NCBI GenBank assembly: GCA_040954595.2
Contig: CM082579.2
Coordinates: 14,360,550 to 14,424,549 of the forward strand
From: Balanoglossus misakiensis
Taxonomy: Eukaryota; Animalia; Hemichordata
Direction of reading: 5' to 3'
Length of the DNA stretch: 64,000 nucleotides
The position numbers were made by a program, and so were the translations under genes. Positions 1 to 15,000 of this stretch are shown piece after piece. A model generated the notes under the pieces. The model ran no database searches and was not told the DNA's origin. It worked only from the letters and a program-made list of their open reading frames with translations. How positions within the stretch are numbered: position 1 is the first letter of the stretch; the number at the start of each line of letters is the position of its first letter.

Positions 1-3000
1 AATTTTCGACTTTGCAAAATCTCAAAATTTCGTTGATTTTTGAAAAAAATCATGGGGAAAATCATCAAAAATGACAAATTTACGACTACAAAATCTCAAA
101 ATTTCGTCGATTTGTGAAAAAAATCATGGGTGAAAATCATCAAAAAATGACAATTTTTTACTTTTATCAATCTCAAAATTTCGTCAATTTTGAAAAAAAA
201 CATGGGTGAAAATCATCAAAAAATGACAAATTTTCGACTTTGCAAAATCTGAAAATTTCATCGATTTTTGAAAAAATCATGGGTGAAAATCATGAAAAAA
301 TGACAAATTTTCGACTTTGCAAAATCTCAAAATTTCGTCGATTTTTGAAGAAAATCATGGGTGAAAATCATCAAAAAATGACAAATTTTCGACTTTGCAA
401 AATCTCAAAATTTCGTCGATTTTTGAAAAAAATCATGGGGGAAAATCATCAAAAAATTACAAATTTTCGACTGCAAAATCTCAAAATTTCGTCGATTTTT
501 GACAAAATCTTGGGTGAAAATCATGAAAAATGACAAATTTTCGACTTTGCAAAATCTGAAAATTTTCGTCGATTTTTGAAAAAAATCATGGGGGAAAATG
601 ATCTAAAAATGACAAATTTTCGACTGCAAAATCTCAAAATTTCGTCAATTTTGAAAAAAATCATGGGTGAAAATCATCAAAAAATGACAATTTTTTTACT
701 GCAAAATCTCAAAATTTGATCGATTTTTGAAAAAAATCATGGGTGAAAATCATCAAAAAATGACAAATTTTCGACTTTGCAAAATCTCAAAATTTCGTCG
801 ATTTTTGAAGAAAATCAAGGGTGAAAATCATCAAAAAATGACAAATTTTCGACTTTGCAAAATCTCAAAATTTCGTCGATTTTTGAAAAAAAATCATGGT
901 TGAAATCATCAAAAAATGACAAAATTTTCGACTTTGTAAAATCACAAAAATTTCGTCGATTTTGAAAAAAATCATAGGTTCGTCGATTTTTAAAAAAAAA
1001 AAACATGAGTGAAAATCATCAAAAAATGACAAATTTTGAAAAAAAAACGGTTGAAAATCATCAAAAAATGACACATTTAGTCGACTTTGCAAAATCTCAA
1101 AATTTCGTCGATTTTTGAAAAAATCATGGGGAAAATCATGAAAAAATGACAATTTTCCTCTTTGCAAAATCTCAAAATTTCGTCGATTTTTGAAAAAAAA
1201 TCATGGGTGAAAATCATCAAAAAATGACAAATTTCTCAAATTTTCGTCGATTTTTGAAAAAAAATCATGGTTGAAAATCATCAAAAATGACAAAATTTTC
1301 GACTTTGTAAAATCACAAAATTTCGTCGATTTTGAAAAAAATCATAGGTTCGTCGATTTTTAAAAAAAAAAACATGAGTGAAAATCATCAAAAAATGACA
1401 AATTTTGAAAAAAAAACGGTTGAAAATCATCAAAAAATGACACATTTTAGTCGACTTGCAAAATCTCAAAATTTCGTCGATTTTTGAAAAGAAATCATGG
1501 GGGAAAATCATGAAAAAATGACAAATTTTCCTCTTTTGCAAAATCTCAAAATTTCGTCGATTTTTAAAAAAAGACATGGGTGAAAATCATCAAAAATGAC
1601 AAATTTTCGTCTTTGCAAAATCTAACAATTTCTTCGATTTTTTGAAAAAAATCATGTGTGAAAATCATCAAAAAATGACAAATTTTCGACTTTGCAAAAT
1701 CTCAAAATTTCGTCGATTTTTGAAAAAAATCATGGGGGAAAATCATCAAAAAATGACAAATTTTCGACTGCAAAATCTCAAAATTTCGTTCGATTTTTGA
1801 AATAAATCATTGTTGAAAATTATCATAAATTGACAAATTTTCCTTTTTGCAAAAATCTCAAAATTTCGTCGATTTTTTGAAAAAAAGACGGGTGAAAATC
1901 ATCTAAAAATGACAAATTTTTCGACTTTGCAAAATCTCAAAATTTCGTTGATTTTTGAAAAAAATCATGGGGGAAAATCATCAAAAATGACAAATTTACG
2001 ACTACAAAATCTCAAAATTTCGTCGATTTGTGAAAAAAAAATCATGGGTGAAAAATCATCAAAAATGACAAATTTTTTACTTTTATCAATCTCAAAATTT
2101 CGTCAATTTTGAAAAAAAACATGGGTGAAAATCATCAAAAAATGACAAATTTTCGACTTTGCAAAATCTGAAAATTTCATCGATTTTTGAAAAAATCATG
2201 GGTGAAAATCATGAAAAAATGACAAATTTTCGACTTTGCAAATCTCAAAATTTCGTCGATTTTGAAGAAATCATGGGTGAAAATCATCAAAAAAATGACA
2301 AATTTCGACTTGCAAAATCTCAAAATTTCGTCGATTTTTGAAAAAAATCATGGGGGAAAATCATCAAAAAATTACAAATTTTCGACTGCAAAATCTCAAA
2401 ATTTCGTCGATTTTTGACAAAATCTTGGTGAAAATCATGAAAAAATGACAAATTTTCGACTTTGCAAAATCTGAAAATTTCGTCGATTTTTGAAAAAAAT
2501 CATGGGGGAAAATGATCTAAAAATGACAAATTTTCGACTGCAAAATCTCAAAATTTCGTCAATTTTGAAAAAATCATGGGTGAAAATCATCAAAAAATGA
2601 CAATTTTTTTACTGCAAAATCTCAAAATTTGATCGATTTTTGAAAAAAATCATGGGTGAAAATCATCAAAAAATGACAAATTTTCGACTTTGCAAAATCT
2701 CAAAATTTCGTCGATTTTTGAAGAAAATCAAGGGTGAAAATCATCAAAAAATGACAAATTTTCGACTTTGCAAAATCTCAAAATTTCGTCGATTTTTGAA
2801 AAAAAAATCATGGTTGAAAATCATCAAAAAATGACAAAATTTTCGACTTTGTAAAATCACAAAATTTCGTCGATTTTGAAAAAAAATCATAGGTTCGTCG
2901 ATTTTTAAAAAAAAAAACATGAGTGAAAATCATCAAAAAATGACAAATTTTGAAAAAAAACGGTTGAAAATCATCAAAAATTGACACATTTTAGTCGACT

Positions 3001-6000
3001 TTGCAAAATCTCAAAATTTCGTCGATTTTTGAAAAAAATCATGGGGGAAAAATCATGAAAAAATGACAAATTTTCCTCTTTGCAAAATCTCAAAATTTCG
3101 TCGATTTTTGAAAAAAAATCATGGGTGAAAATCATCAAAAAAATGACAAATTTTCGTCTTTGCAAAATCTCAAAATTTCGTCCATTTTTGAAAAAAAATC
3201 ATGGGTAAAAATCATCAAAAATGACAAATTTTCGTCTTTGCAAAATCTCAAATTTTCGTCGATTTTTGAAAAAAAATCATGGTTGAAAATCATCAAAAAA
3301 TGACAAAATTTTCGACTTTGTAAAATCACAAAATTTCGTCGATTTGAAAAAAATCATAGGTTCGTCGATTTTTAAAAAAAAAAACATGAGTGAAAATCAT
3401 CAAAAAATGACAAATTTTGAAAAAAAACGGTTGAAAATCATCAAAAAATGACACATTTTAGTCGACTTTGCAAAATCTCAAAATTTCGTCGATTTTTGAA
3501 AGAAATCATGGGGGAAAATCATGAAAAAATGACAAATTTTCCTCTTTGCAAAATCTCAAAATTCGTCGATTTTTAAAAAAAGACATGGGTGAAAATCATC
3601 AAAAAATGACAAATTTTCGTCTTTGCAAAATCTACAATTTCTTCGATTTTTGAAAAAATCATGTGTGAAAATCATCAAAAAATGACAAATTTTCGACTTT
3701 GCAAAAACCTCAAAATTTCGTCCATTTTTGAAAAAAAATCATGGGTAAAAATCATCAAAAAATGACAAATTTTCGTCTTTGCAAAATCTCACAATTTCGT
3801 CGATTTTTGAAAAAAATACATGTGTGAAAATCATCAAAAAATGACAAATTTTCGACTTTGCAAAATCTCAAAATTTCGTAAATTTTTGAAAAATCATGGG
3901 TGAAAATCATCAAAAAATAACAAATTTTCGTCTTTGCAAAATCTCAAAATTTCGTCCATTTAAAAAAAAAAACATGGGGGAAAATCATCAAAAAATGACA
4001 AATTTTCGACTTTGCAAAATCTCAAAATTTCGTCAATTTTTGAAAAAAATCATGGGAGAAAATCATCAAAAAATGACAAATTTTGAAAAAAAAAACGGGT
4101 GAAAATCATCAAAAAATGACACATTTTCCTCTGCAAAATCTCAAAATGTCGTCGTTTTTTGAAAAAAAATCATTGGTGAAAATCATCAAAAAAATGACAA
4201 ATTTTCGTCTTTGCAAAATCTCAAAATTTCGTCCATTTTTGAAAAAAATCATGGGTAAAAATCATCAAAAATGACAAATTTTCGTCTTTGCAAAATCTCA
4301 AATTTTCGTCGAATTTTGAAAAAAATCATGGGGGCAGATTTTTTGAAAAAAATTCATGGGGGAAAATCATGAAAAATGACAAATTTTTCCCCTTTGCAAA
4401 AATCTCAAAATTTCGTCGATTTTTGAAAAAAATCATGGGTGAAAATCATGAAAAAATGACAAATTTTCCTCTTTGCAAAATCTCAAAATTTCGTCATTTT
4501 TTGAAAAAAAATCATGGGTGAAAATCATCAAAAAAATGACAAATTTTCGACTTTGCAAAATCTCAACATTTCGTCGATTTTTGAAAAAAATCATGGGTGA
4601 AAATCATCAAAAAATGACAAATTTTCGACTTCGCAAAATCTCAAAATTTCGTCGATTTTTGAAAAAAATCATGGGTGAAAATCATCAAAAAATGACACAT
4701 TTTCGACTTTGCAAAATCTCAAAATTTCGTCGATTTTTGAAAAAAAAATCATGGGTGAAAATCATCAAAAAATGACACATTTTCGACTTTGCAAAATCTC
4801 AAAATTTCGTCGATTTTTGAAAAAAAATCATGGGTGAAAATCATCAAAAAATGACAAATTTTCGTCTTTGCAAAATCTCAAAATTTCGTCATTTTTGAAA
4901 AAAAAATCATGGGGGAAAATCATCAAAAAATGACAAATTTCGACTTTGCAAAATCTCAAAAATTTCGTCGATTTTGAAAAAACCATTGGGGAAAATTCTT
5001 TAAAAAATGACAAATTTTCGATTTTGCAAAATCTCAAAATTTCGTCGATTTTTGAAAAAAAATCATGGTTGAAAATCATCAAAAATGACAAAATTTTCGA
5101 CTTGCAAAATCACAAAATTTCGTCGATTTTGAAAAAAAATCATAGGTTCGTCGATTAAAAAAAAAAAACATGGTGAAAATCATCAAAAAATGACACTTTG
5201 GGACTTTGCAAAATCTCAAAATTTCGTCGATTTTGAAAAAATCATGGGTGAAAATCATCAAAAATGACAATTTTTGACTTGCAAAATCTCAAAATTTCGT
5301 CGATTTTTGAAAAAATCATGGGGGAAAATCATCAAAAAATTACAAATTTTCGACTGCAAAATCTCAAAATTTCGTCGATTTTTGAAAAAATCATGGGTGA
5401 AAATCATGAAAAAAATGACAAATTTCGACTTTGCAAAATCTGAAAATTTCGTCGATTTTTGAAAAAAATCATGGGGGAAAATGATCAAAAAATGACAAAT
5501 TTTCGACTGCAAAATCTCAAAATTTCGTCAATTTTGAAAAAAATCATGGGTGAAAATCATCAAAAAATGACAATTTTTTTACTGCAAAATCTCAAAATTT
5601 CATCGATTTTTGAAAAAAAATCATGGGTGAAAATCATCAAAAAATGATAAATTTTCGACTTTGCAAAATCTCAAAATTTCGTCGATTTTTGAAAAAAAAT
5701 CATGGGTGAAAATCATCAAAAAATGACAAATTTCGACTTTGCAAAATCTTCAAATTTTCGTTGATTTTTGAAAAAAATCATGGGGAAAATGATCAAAAAA
5801 TGACAAATTTTTGACTGCAAAATTTCAAAATTTCGTCAATTTTGAAAAAATCATGGGTGAAAATCATCAATTTATGACAAATTTTCGACTGCAAAAACTC
5901 AAATTTCATCAATTTTGAAAAAAATCATGGGTGAAAATCATCAAAAAATGACAAATTTTCCTCTTTGCAAAATCTATAAATTTCGTCGATTTTTGAAAAA

Positions 6001-9000
6001 TTTTCAACTTTGCAAAATCTCAAAATTTCGTCGATTTTTGAAAAAAATCATGGGGGAAAAATCACAAAAAATGACAAATTTTCGGACTGCAAAATCTCAA
6101 AATTTCGTCGATTTTTTGAAATAAATCATTGTTGAAAATTATCATAAATTGACAAATTTTCCTTTTTGCAAAATCTCAAAATTTCGTCGATTTTTTGAAA
6201 AAAAGACGGGTGAAAATCATCTAAAAATGACAAATTTTCGACTTTGCAAAATCTCAAAATTTCGTTGATTTTTGAAAAAAATCATGGGGGAAAATCATCA
6301 AAAATGACAAATTTACGACTACAAAATCTCAAAATTTCGTCGATTTGTGAAAAAAAATCATGGGTGAAAATCATCAAAAAAATGACAAATTTTGACTTTG
6401 CCCAATCTCAAAATTTCGTCAATTTTGAAAAAAAACATGGGTGAAAAATCATCAAAAAATGACAAATTTTCGACTTTGCAAAATCTGAAAATTTCATCGA
6501 TTTTTGAAAAATCATGGGTGAAAATCATGAAAAAATGACAAATTTTCGACTTTGCAAAATCTCAAAATTTCGTCGATTTTTGAAGAAAATCATGGGTGAA
6601 AATCATCAAAAATTACAAATTTTCGACTTTGCAAAATCTCAAAATTTCGTCGATTTTTTGAAAAAAATCATGGGGGAAAAATCATCAAAAAATTACAAAT
6701 TTTCGACTGCAAAATCTCAAAATTTCGTCGATTTTTGACAAAATCTTGGGTGAAAATCATGAAAAAAATGACAAATTTTCGACTTTGCAAAATCTGAAAT
6801 TTCGTCGATTTTTGAAAAAAATCATGGGGGAAAATGATCTAAAAATGACAAATTTTCGACTGCAAAATCTCAAAATTTCGTCAATTTTGAAAAAAATCAT
6901 GGGTGAAAATCATCAAAAAATGACAATTTTTTTACTGCAAAATCTCAAAATTTGATCGATTTTTGAAAAAAATCATGGGTGAAAATCATCAAAAATGACA
7001 AATTTTCGACTTTGCAAAATCTCAAAATTTCGTCGATTTTTGAAGAAAATCAAGGTGAAAATCATCAAAAATGACAAATTTTCGACTTTGCAAAATCTCA
7101 AAATTTCGTCGATTTTTGAAAAAAAATCATGGGGAAAATGATCAAAAAATGACAAATTTTCGACTGCAAATTTCAAAATTTCGTCAATTTTGAAAAATCA
7201 TGGGTGAAAATCATCAAAAAATGACAAATTTTCGACTGCAAAAATCTCAAAATTTCGTCGATTTTTAAAAAAAAAAAACGGGTGAAAATCATCAAAAAAA
7301 TGACAAATTTTCGACTGCAAAAACTCAAAATTTCGTCAATTTGAAAAAATCATGGGTGAAAATCATCAAAAAATGACAAATTTTCCTCTTTGCAAAATCT
7401 ATAAATTTCTTCGATTTTTGAAAAATTTTCAACTTTGCAAAATCTCAAAATTCGTCGATTTTTGAAAAAAAATCATGGGGAAAATCATCAAAAAATGACA
7501 AATTTTCGACTGCAAAATCTCAAAATTTCGTCGATTTTTGAAATAAATCATTGTGAAAATTATCAAAAATGACAAATTTTCCTCTTTACAAAATCACAAA
7601 ATTTCGTCGATTTTTTGAAAAAGACGGGTGAAAATCATCTAAAAATGACAAATTTTCGACTTTGCAAAATCTCAAAATTTCGTTGATTTTGAAAAAAATC
7701 ATGGGGGAAAATCATCAAAAATGACAAATTTTCGTCTTTGCAAAATCTCAAAATTTCGTCCATTTTGAAAAAAAAATCATGGGTGAAATCATCAAAAATG
7801 ACAAATTTTCGTCTTCGCAAAATCTCAAAATTTCGTCCATTTCTGAAAAAAAATTATGGGTAAAAATCATCAAAAATGACAGATTTTCATCTTTGCAAAA
7901 TCTCAAATTTTCGTCGATTTTTGAAAAAAAATCATGGTTGAAAATCATCAAAAAATGACAAATTTTCCTCTTTGCAAAATCTCAAAATTTCGTCGATTTT
8001 TGAAAAAAAATGGGTGAAAATCATCAAAAATTTCACATTTTCGTCGACTTTGCAAAATCTCAAAATTTCGTCGATTTTGAAAAAAATCATAGTTTCGTCG
8101 ATTTTTTAAAAAAAAAACATGGGTGAAAATGATCAAAAAATGACAAATTTTCGACTGCAAAATTTCAAATTTCGTCAATTTTGAAAAATCATGGGTGAAA
8201 ATCATCAAAAATGACAAATTTTCGACTGCAAAATCTCAAAATTTCGTCGATTTTTGAAAAAAAAACGGGTGAAAATCATCAAAAATTACAAATTTCGACT
8301 GCAAAAACTCAAAATTTCGTCAATTTTGAAAAAAATCATGGGTGAAAATCATCAAAAAATGACAAATTTTACCTCTTTGCAAAATCTATAAATTTCGTCG
8401 ATTTTTGAAAAATTTTCAACTTTGCAAAAATCTCAAAATTTCGTCGATTTTTTAAAAAAATCATGGGGGAAAATCATCAAAAATGACAAATTTTCAGACT
8501 GCAAAATCTCAAAATTTCGTCGATTTTTGAAATAAATCATTGTTGAAAAATATCAAAAAATGACAAATTTTCCTCTTTGCAAAATCTCAAAATTTCGTCG
8601 ATTTTTTTTAAAAAAGAGGGTGAAAATCATCTAAAAATGACAAATTTTCGACTTTGCAAAATCTCAAAATTTCGTTGATTTTTGAAAAAAATCATGGGGG
8701 AAAATCATCAAAAAATGACAAATTTTCGTCTTTGCAAAATCTCAAAATTTCGTCCATTTTTGAAAAAAAATCATGGGTGAAAATCATCAAAAATGACAAA
8801 TTTTCGTCTTCGCAAAATCTCAAAATTTCGTCCATTTCTGAAAAAAAATTATGGGTAAAAATCATCAAAAATGACAGATTTTCATCTTTGCAAAATCTCA
8901 AATTTTCGTCGATTTTTGAAAAAAAAATCATGGTTGAAAATCATCAAAAAATGACAAATTTTCCTCTTTGCAAAATCTCAAAATTTCGTCGATTTTTGAA

Positions 9001-12000
9001 AAAAATGGGTGAAAATCATCAAAAAATTACACATTTTCGTTCGACTTTGCAAATCTCAAAATTCGTCGATTTTGAAAAAAATCATAGGTTCGTCGATTTT
9101 TTAAAAAAAAACATGGGTGAAAATGATCAAAAAAATGACAAATTTTCGACTGCAAAATCATGGGTGAAAATCATCAAAAAATGACAAATTTTCGACTGCA
9201 AAATCTCAAAATTTCGTCGATTTTTGAAAAAAATCATGGGGGAAAATCATCAAAAAATGACAAATTTTCGACTGCAAAATCTCAAAATTTCGTTCATTTT
9301 TGAAATAAATCATTGTTGTAAATTATCAAAAAATGACAAAATTTTCTCTTTGCAAAATCTCAAAATTTCGTCGATTTTTGAAAAAGACGGGTGAAAATCA
9401 TCTAAAAATGACAAATTTTCGACTTTGCAAAATCTCAAAATTTCGTTGATTTTTGAAAAAAATCATGGGAAAATCATCAAAAATTACAAATAACGACTAC
9501 AAAATCTCAAAATTTTGCCAATTTTGAAAAAAATCATGGGTGAAAATCATCAAAAAATGACAAAATTTTTTACTGCAAATCTCAAATTTTCGTCGATTTT
9601 TTAAAAAAATTGTTGAAAATCATCAAAAAATGACAAATTTTTGACTGCAAAATCTCAAAATTTCGTCGATTTTGAAAAAAGACATGGGTGAAAATCATCA
9701 AAAAATGACAAATTGTAGACTTTGCAAAATCTCAAAATTTCGTCGATTTTTGAAAAAAATCATGGAGGAAAATCATTAAAAAATGACAAATTTACGACTG
9801 CAAAATCTCAAAAATTTCGTCGATTTGTGAAAAAAAATCATGGGTGAAATCACAAAAAATGACAAATTTTTGACTGCAAAATCTCAAAATTTCGTCAATT
9901 TTTGAAAAAAATCATGGTTGAAAATCATCATGACAATGACAAATTTTCGACTTTGCAAAATCTCAAAATTTCGTCGATTTTGAAAAAAATCATGGGTTCG
10001 TCCATTTTTGAAAAAAAAACATTGGGTGAAAATCATCAAAAAATGACAAATTTTCGACTTTGCAAAATCTCAAAATTTCGTCGATTTTTGAAGAAAATCA
10101 TGGGTGAAAATCATCAAAAAATGACAAATTTTCGACTTTGCAAAATCTCAAAATTTCGTCGATTTTTTTTAAAAAGACGGGTGAAAATCATCTAAAATGA
10201 CAAATTTTCGACTTTGCATCAAAATTTCCGTTGATTTTTGAAAAAAATCATGGGGGAAAATCATCAAAAAATGACAAATTTTCGTCTTTGCAAAATCTCA
10301 AAATTTCGTCCATTTTTGAAAAAAAATCATGGGTGAAAATCATCAAAAAAATGACAAATTTTCGTCTTCGCAAAATCTCAAAATTTCGTCCATTTCTGAA
10401 AAAAAATTATGGGTAAAAAATCATCAAAAATGACAGATTTTCATCTTTGCAAAATCTCAAAATTTCGTCGATTTTTGAAAAAAAATGGGTGAAAATCATC
10501 AAAAATTACACATTTTCGTCGACTTTGCAAAATCTCAAAATTTCGTCGATTTTGAAAAAAATCATAGGTTCGTCGATTTTTTAAAAAAAAACATGGGTGA
10601 AAATGATCAAAAATGACAAATTTTCGACTGCAAAATCATGGGTGAAAATCATCAAAAAATGACAAATTTTCGACTGCAAAATCTCAAAATTTCGTCGATT
10701 TTTGAAAAAAATCATGGGGAAAATCATCAAAAAATGACAAATTTTCGACTGCAAAATCTCAAAATTTCGTCGATTTTTGAAATAAATCATTGTTGAAAAT
10801 TATCAAAAAATGACAAATTTTCCTCTTTGCAAAATCTCAAAATTTCGTCGATTTTTTGAAAAAAGACGGGTGAAAATCATCTAAAAATGACAAATTTTCG
10901 ACTTTGCAAAATCTCAAAATTTCGTTGATTTTTGAAAAAAATCATGGGGGAAAATCATCAAAAAATTACAAATTAACGACTACAAAATCTCAAAATTTTG
11001 CCAATTTTGAAAAAATCATGGGTGAAAATCATCAAAAAATGACAAATTTTTTACTGCAAAATCTCAAATTTTCGTCGATTTTTTAAAAAAATTGTTGAAA
11101 ATCATCAAAAAATGACAAATTTTTGACTGCAAAATCTCAAAATTTCGTCGATTTTTGAAAAAAGACATGGGTGAAAATCATCAAAAAATGACAAAATTGT
11201 AGACCTTTGCAAATCTCAAAATTTCGTCGATTTTTGAAAAAAAATCATGGAGGAAAATCATTAAAAAATGACAAATTTACGACTGCAAAATCTCAAAATT
11301 TCGTCGATTTGTGAAAAAAAATCATGGGTGAAAATCATCAAAAAATGACAAATTTTTGACTGCAAAATCTCAAAATTTCGTCAATTTTTGAAAAAAATCA
11401 TGGTTGAAAATCATCATGACAATGACAAATTTCGACTTTGCAAAATCTCAAAATTTCGTCGATTTTGAAAAAAATCATGGGTTCGTCCATTTTTGAAAAA
11501 AAAACATTGGGTGAAAATCATCAAAAAATGACAAATTTTCGACTTTGCAAAATCTCAAAATTTCGTCGATTTTTGAAGAAAATCATGGGTGAAAATCATC
11601 AAAAAATGACAAATTTTCGACTTTGCAAAATCTCAAAATTTCGTCGATTTTTTTAAAAAAGACGGGTGAAAATCATCTAAAAATGACAAATTTTCGACTT
11701 TGCAAAATCTCAAAATTTCGTTGATTTTTGAAAAAAATCATGGGGGAAAATCATCAAAAAATGACAAATTTTCGTCTTTGCAAAATCTCAAAATTTCGTC
11801 CATTTTTGAAAAAAAATCATGGGTGAAAATCATCAAAAAATGACAAATTTTCGTCTTCGCAAAATCTCAAAATTTCGTCCATTTCTGAAAAAAAATTATG
11901 GGTAAAAATCATCAAAAATGACAGATTTTCATCTTTGCAAAATCTCAAATTTTCGTCGATTTTTGAAAAAAAATCATGGTTGAAAATCATCAAAAAATGA

Positions 12001-15000
12001 CAAATTTTCCTCTTTGCAAAATCTCAAAATTTCGTCGATTTTTGAAAAAAAAATGGGTGAAAATCATCAAAAAATTACACATTTTCGTCGACTTTGCAAA
12101 ATCTCAAAATTTCGTTGATTTTTGAAAAAAATCATGGGGGAAAATCATCAAAAAAATACAAATTAACGACTACAAAATCTCAAAATTTTGCCAATTTTGA
12201 AAAAATCATGGGTGAAAATCATCAAAAAATGACAATTTTTTACTGCAAAATCTCAAATTTTCGTCGATTTTTTAAAAAAATTGTTGAAAATCATCAAAAA
12301 ATGACAAATTTTTGACTGCAAAATCTCAAAATTTCGTCGATTTTTGAAAAAAAATCATTGTTGAAAATCATCAAAAAATGACAAATTTTCCTCTTTGCAA
12401 AATCTCAAAATTTCGTCGATTTTTGAAAAAAGACATGGGTGAAAATCATCAAAAAATGACAAATTGTAGACTTTGCAAAATCTCAAAATTTCGTCGATTT
12501 TTGAAAAAAAATCATGGAGGAAAATCATTAAAAAATGACAAATTTACGACTGCAAAATCTCAAAATTTCGTCGATTTGTGAAAAAAAATCATGGGTGAAA
12601 ATCATCAAAAAATGACAAATTTTTGACTGCAAAATCTCAAAATTTCGTCAATTTTTGAAAAAAATCATGGTTGAAAATCATCATGACAATGACAAATTTT
12701 CGACTTTGCAAAATCTCAAAATTTCGTCGATTTTGAAAAAAATCATGGGTTCGTCCATTTTTGAAAAAAAAACATTGGGTGAAAATCATCAAAAAATGAC
12801 AAATTTTCGACTTTGCAAAATCTCAAAATTTCGTCGATTTTTGAAGAAAATCATGGGTGAAAATCATCAAAAAATGACAAATTTTCGACTTTGCAAAATC
12901 TCAAAATTTCGTCGATTTTTTGAAAAAAGACGGGTGAAAATCATCTAAAAATGACAAATTTTCGACTTTGCAAAATCTCAAAATTTCGTTGATTTTTGAA
13001 AAAAATCATGGGGGAAAATCATCAAAAAATGACAAATTTTCGTCTTTGCAAAATCTCAAAATTTCGTCCATTTTTGAAAAAAAATCATGGGTGAAAATCA
13101 TCAAAAAATGACAAATTTTCGTCTTCGCAAAATCTCAAAATTTCGTCCATTTCTGAAAAAAAATTATGGGTAAAAATCATCAAAAATGACAGATTTTCAT
13201 CTTTGCAAAATCTCAAATTTTCGTCGATTTTTGAAAAAAAATCATGGTTGAAAATCATCAAAAAATGACAAATTTTCCTCTTTGCAAAATCTCAAAATTT
13301 CGTCGATTTTTGAAAAAAAATGGGTGAAAATCATCAAAAAATTACACATTTTCGTCGACTTTGCAAAATCTCAAAATTTCGTCGATTTTGAAAAAAATCA
13401 TAGGTTCGTCGATTTTTTAAAAAAAAACATGGGTGAAAATGATCAAAAAATGACAAATTTTCGACTGCAAAATTTCAAAATTTCGTCAATTTTGAAAAAA
13501 TCATGGGTGAAAATCATCAAAAAATGACAAATTTTCGACTGCAAAATCTCAAAATTTCGTCGATTTTTGAAAAAAAAACGGGTGAAAATCATCAAAAAAT
13601 TACAAATTTTCGACTGCAAAAACTCAAAATTTCGTCAATTTTGAAAAAAATCATGGGTGAAAATCATCAAAAAATGACAAATTTTCCTCTTTGCAAAATC
13701 TATAAATTTCGTCGATTTTTGAAAAATTTTCAACTTTGCAAAATCTCAAAATTTCGTCGATTTTTGAAAAAAATCATGGGGGAAAATCATCAAAAAATGA
13801 CAAATTTTCGACTGCAAAATCTCAAAATTTCGTCGATTTTTGAAATAAATCATTGTTGAAAATTATCAAAAAATGACAAATTTTCCTCTTTGCAAAATCT
13901 CAAAATTTCGTCGATTTTTTTGAAAAAAGACGGGTGAAAATCATCTAAAAATGACAAATTTTCGACTTTGCAAAATCTCAAAATTTCGTTGATTTTTGAA
14001 AAAAATCATGGGGGAAAATCATCAAAAAATGACAAATTTTCGTCTTTGCAAAATCTCAAAATTTCGTCCATTTTTGAAGAAAATCATGGGTGAAAATCAT
14101 CAAAAAATGACAAATTTTCGTCTTCGCAAAATCTCAAAATTTCGTCCATTTCTGAAAAAAAATTATGGGTAAAAATCATCAAAAATGACAGATTTTCATC
14201 TTTGCAAAATCTCAAATTTTCGTCGATTTTTGAAAAAAAATCATGGTTGAAAATCATCAAAAAATGACAAATTTTCCTCTTTGCAAAATCTCAAAATTTC
14301 GTCGATTTTTGAAAAAAAATGGGTGAAAATCATCAAAAAATTACACATTTTCGTCGACTTTGCAAAATCTCAAAATTTCGTCGATTTTGAAAAAAATCAT
14401 AGGTTCGTCGATTTTTTAAAAAAAAACATGGGTGAAAATCATCAAAAAATGACAAATTTAAAAAAAAAACGGGTGAAAATCATCAAAAAATGACACATTT
14501 ACGACTTTGCAAAATCTCAAAATTTCGTCGATGTTTGAAAAAAAATCATGGGTGAAAATCATCAAAAAATGACAAATTTTCGTCTTTGCAAAATCTAAAA
14601 ATTTCGTCCATTTTTGAAAAAAAATCATGGGTAAAAATCATCAAAAATGACAAATTTTCGTTTTTGCAAAATCTCAAACTTTCGTCCATTTTTTAAAAAA
14701 AATCATGGGTGAAAATCATCAAAAAATGACAAATTTTCGTCTTTGCAAAATCTAAAAATTTCGTCCATTTTTGAAAAAAAAATCATGGGTAAAAATCATC
14801 AAAAATGACAAATTTTCGTCTTTGCAAAATCTCAAATTTTCGTCGATTTTTGAAAAAAAATCATGGTTGAAAATCATCAAAAAATGACAAAATTTTCGAC
14901 TTTTTAAAATCACAAAATTTCGTCGATTTTGAAAAAAATCATAGGTTCGTCGATTTTTTAAAAAAAAACATGGGTGAAAATCATCAAAAAATGACAAATT

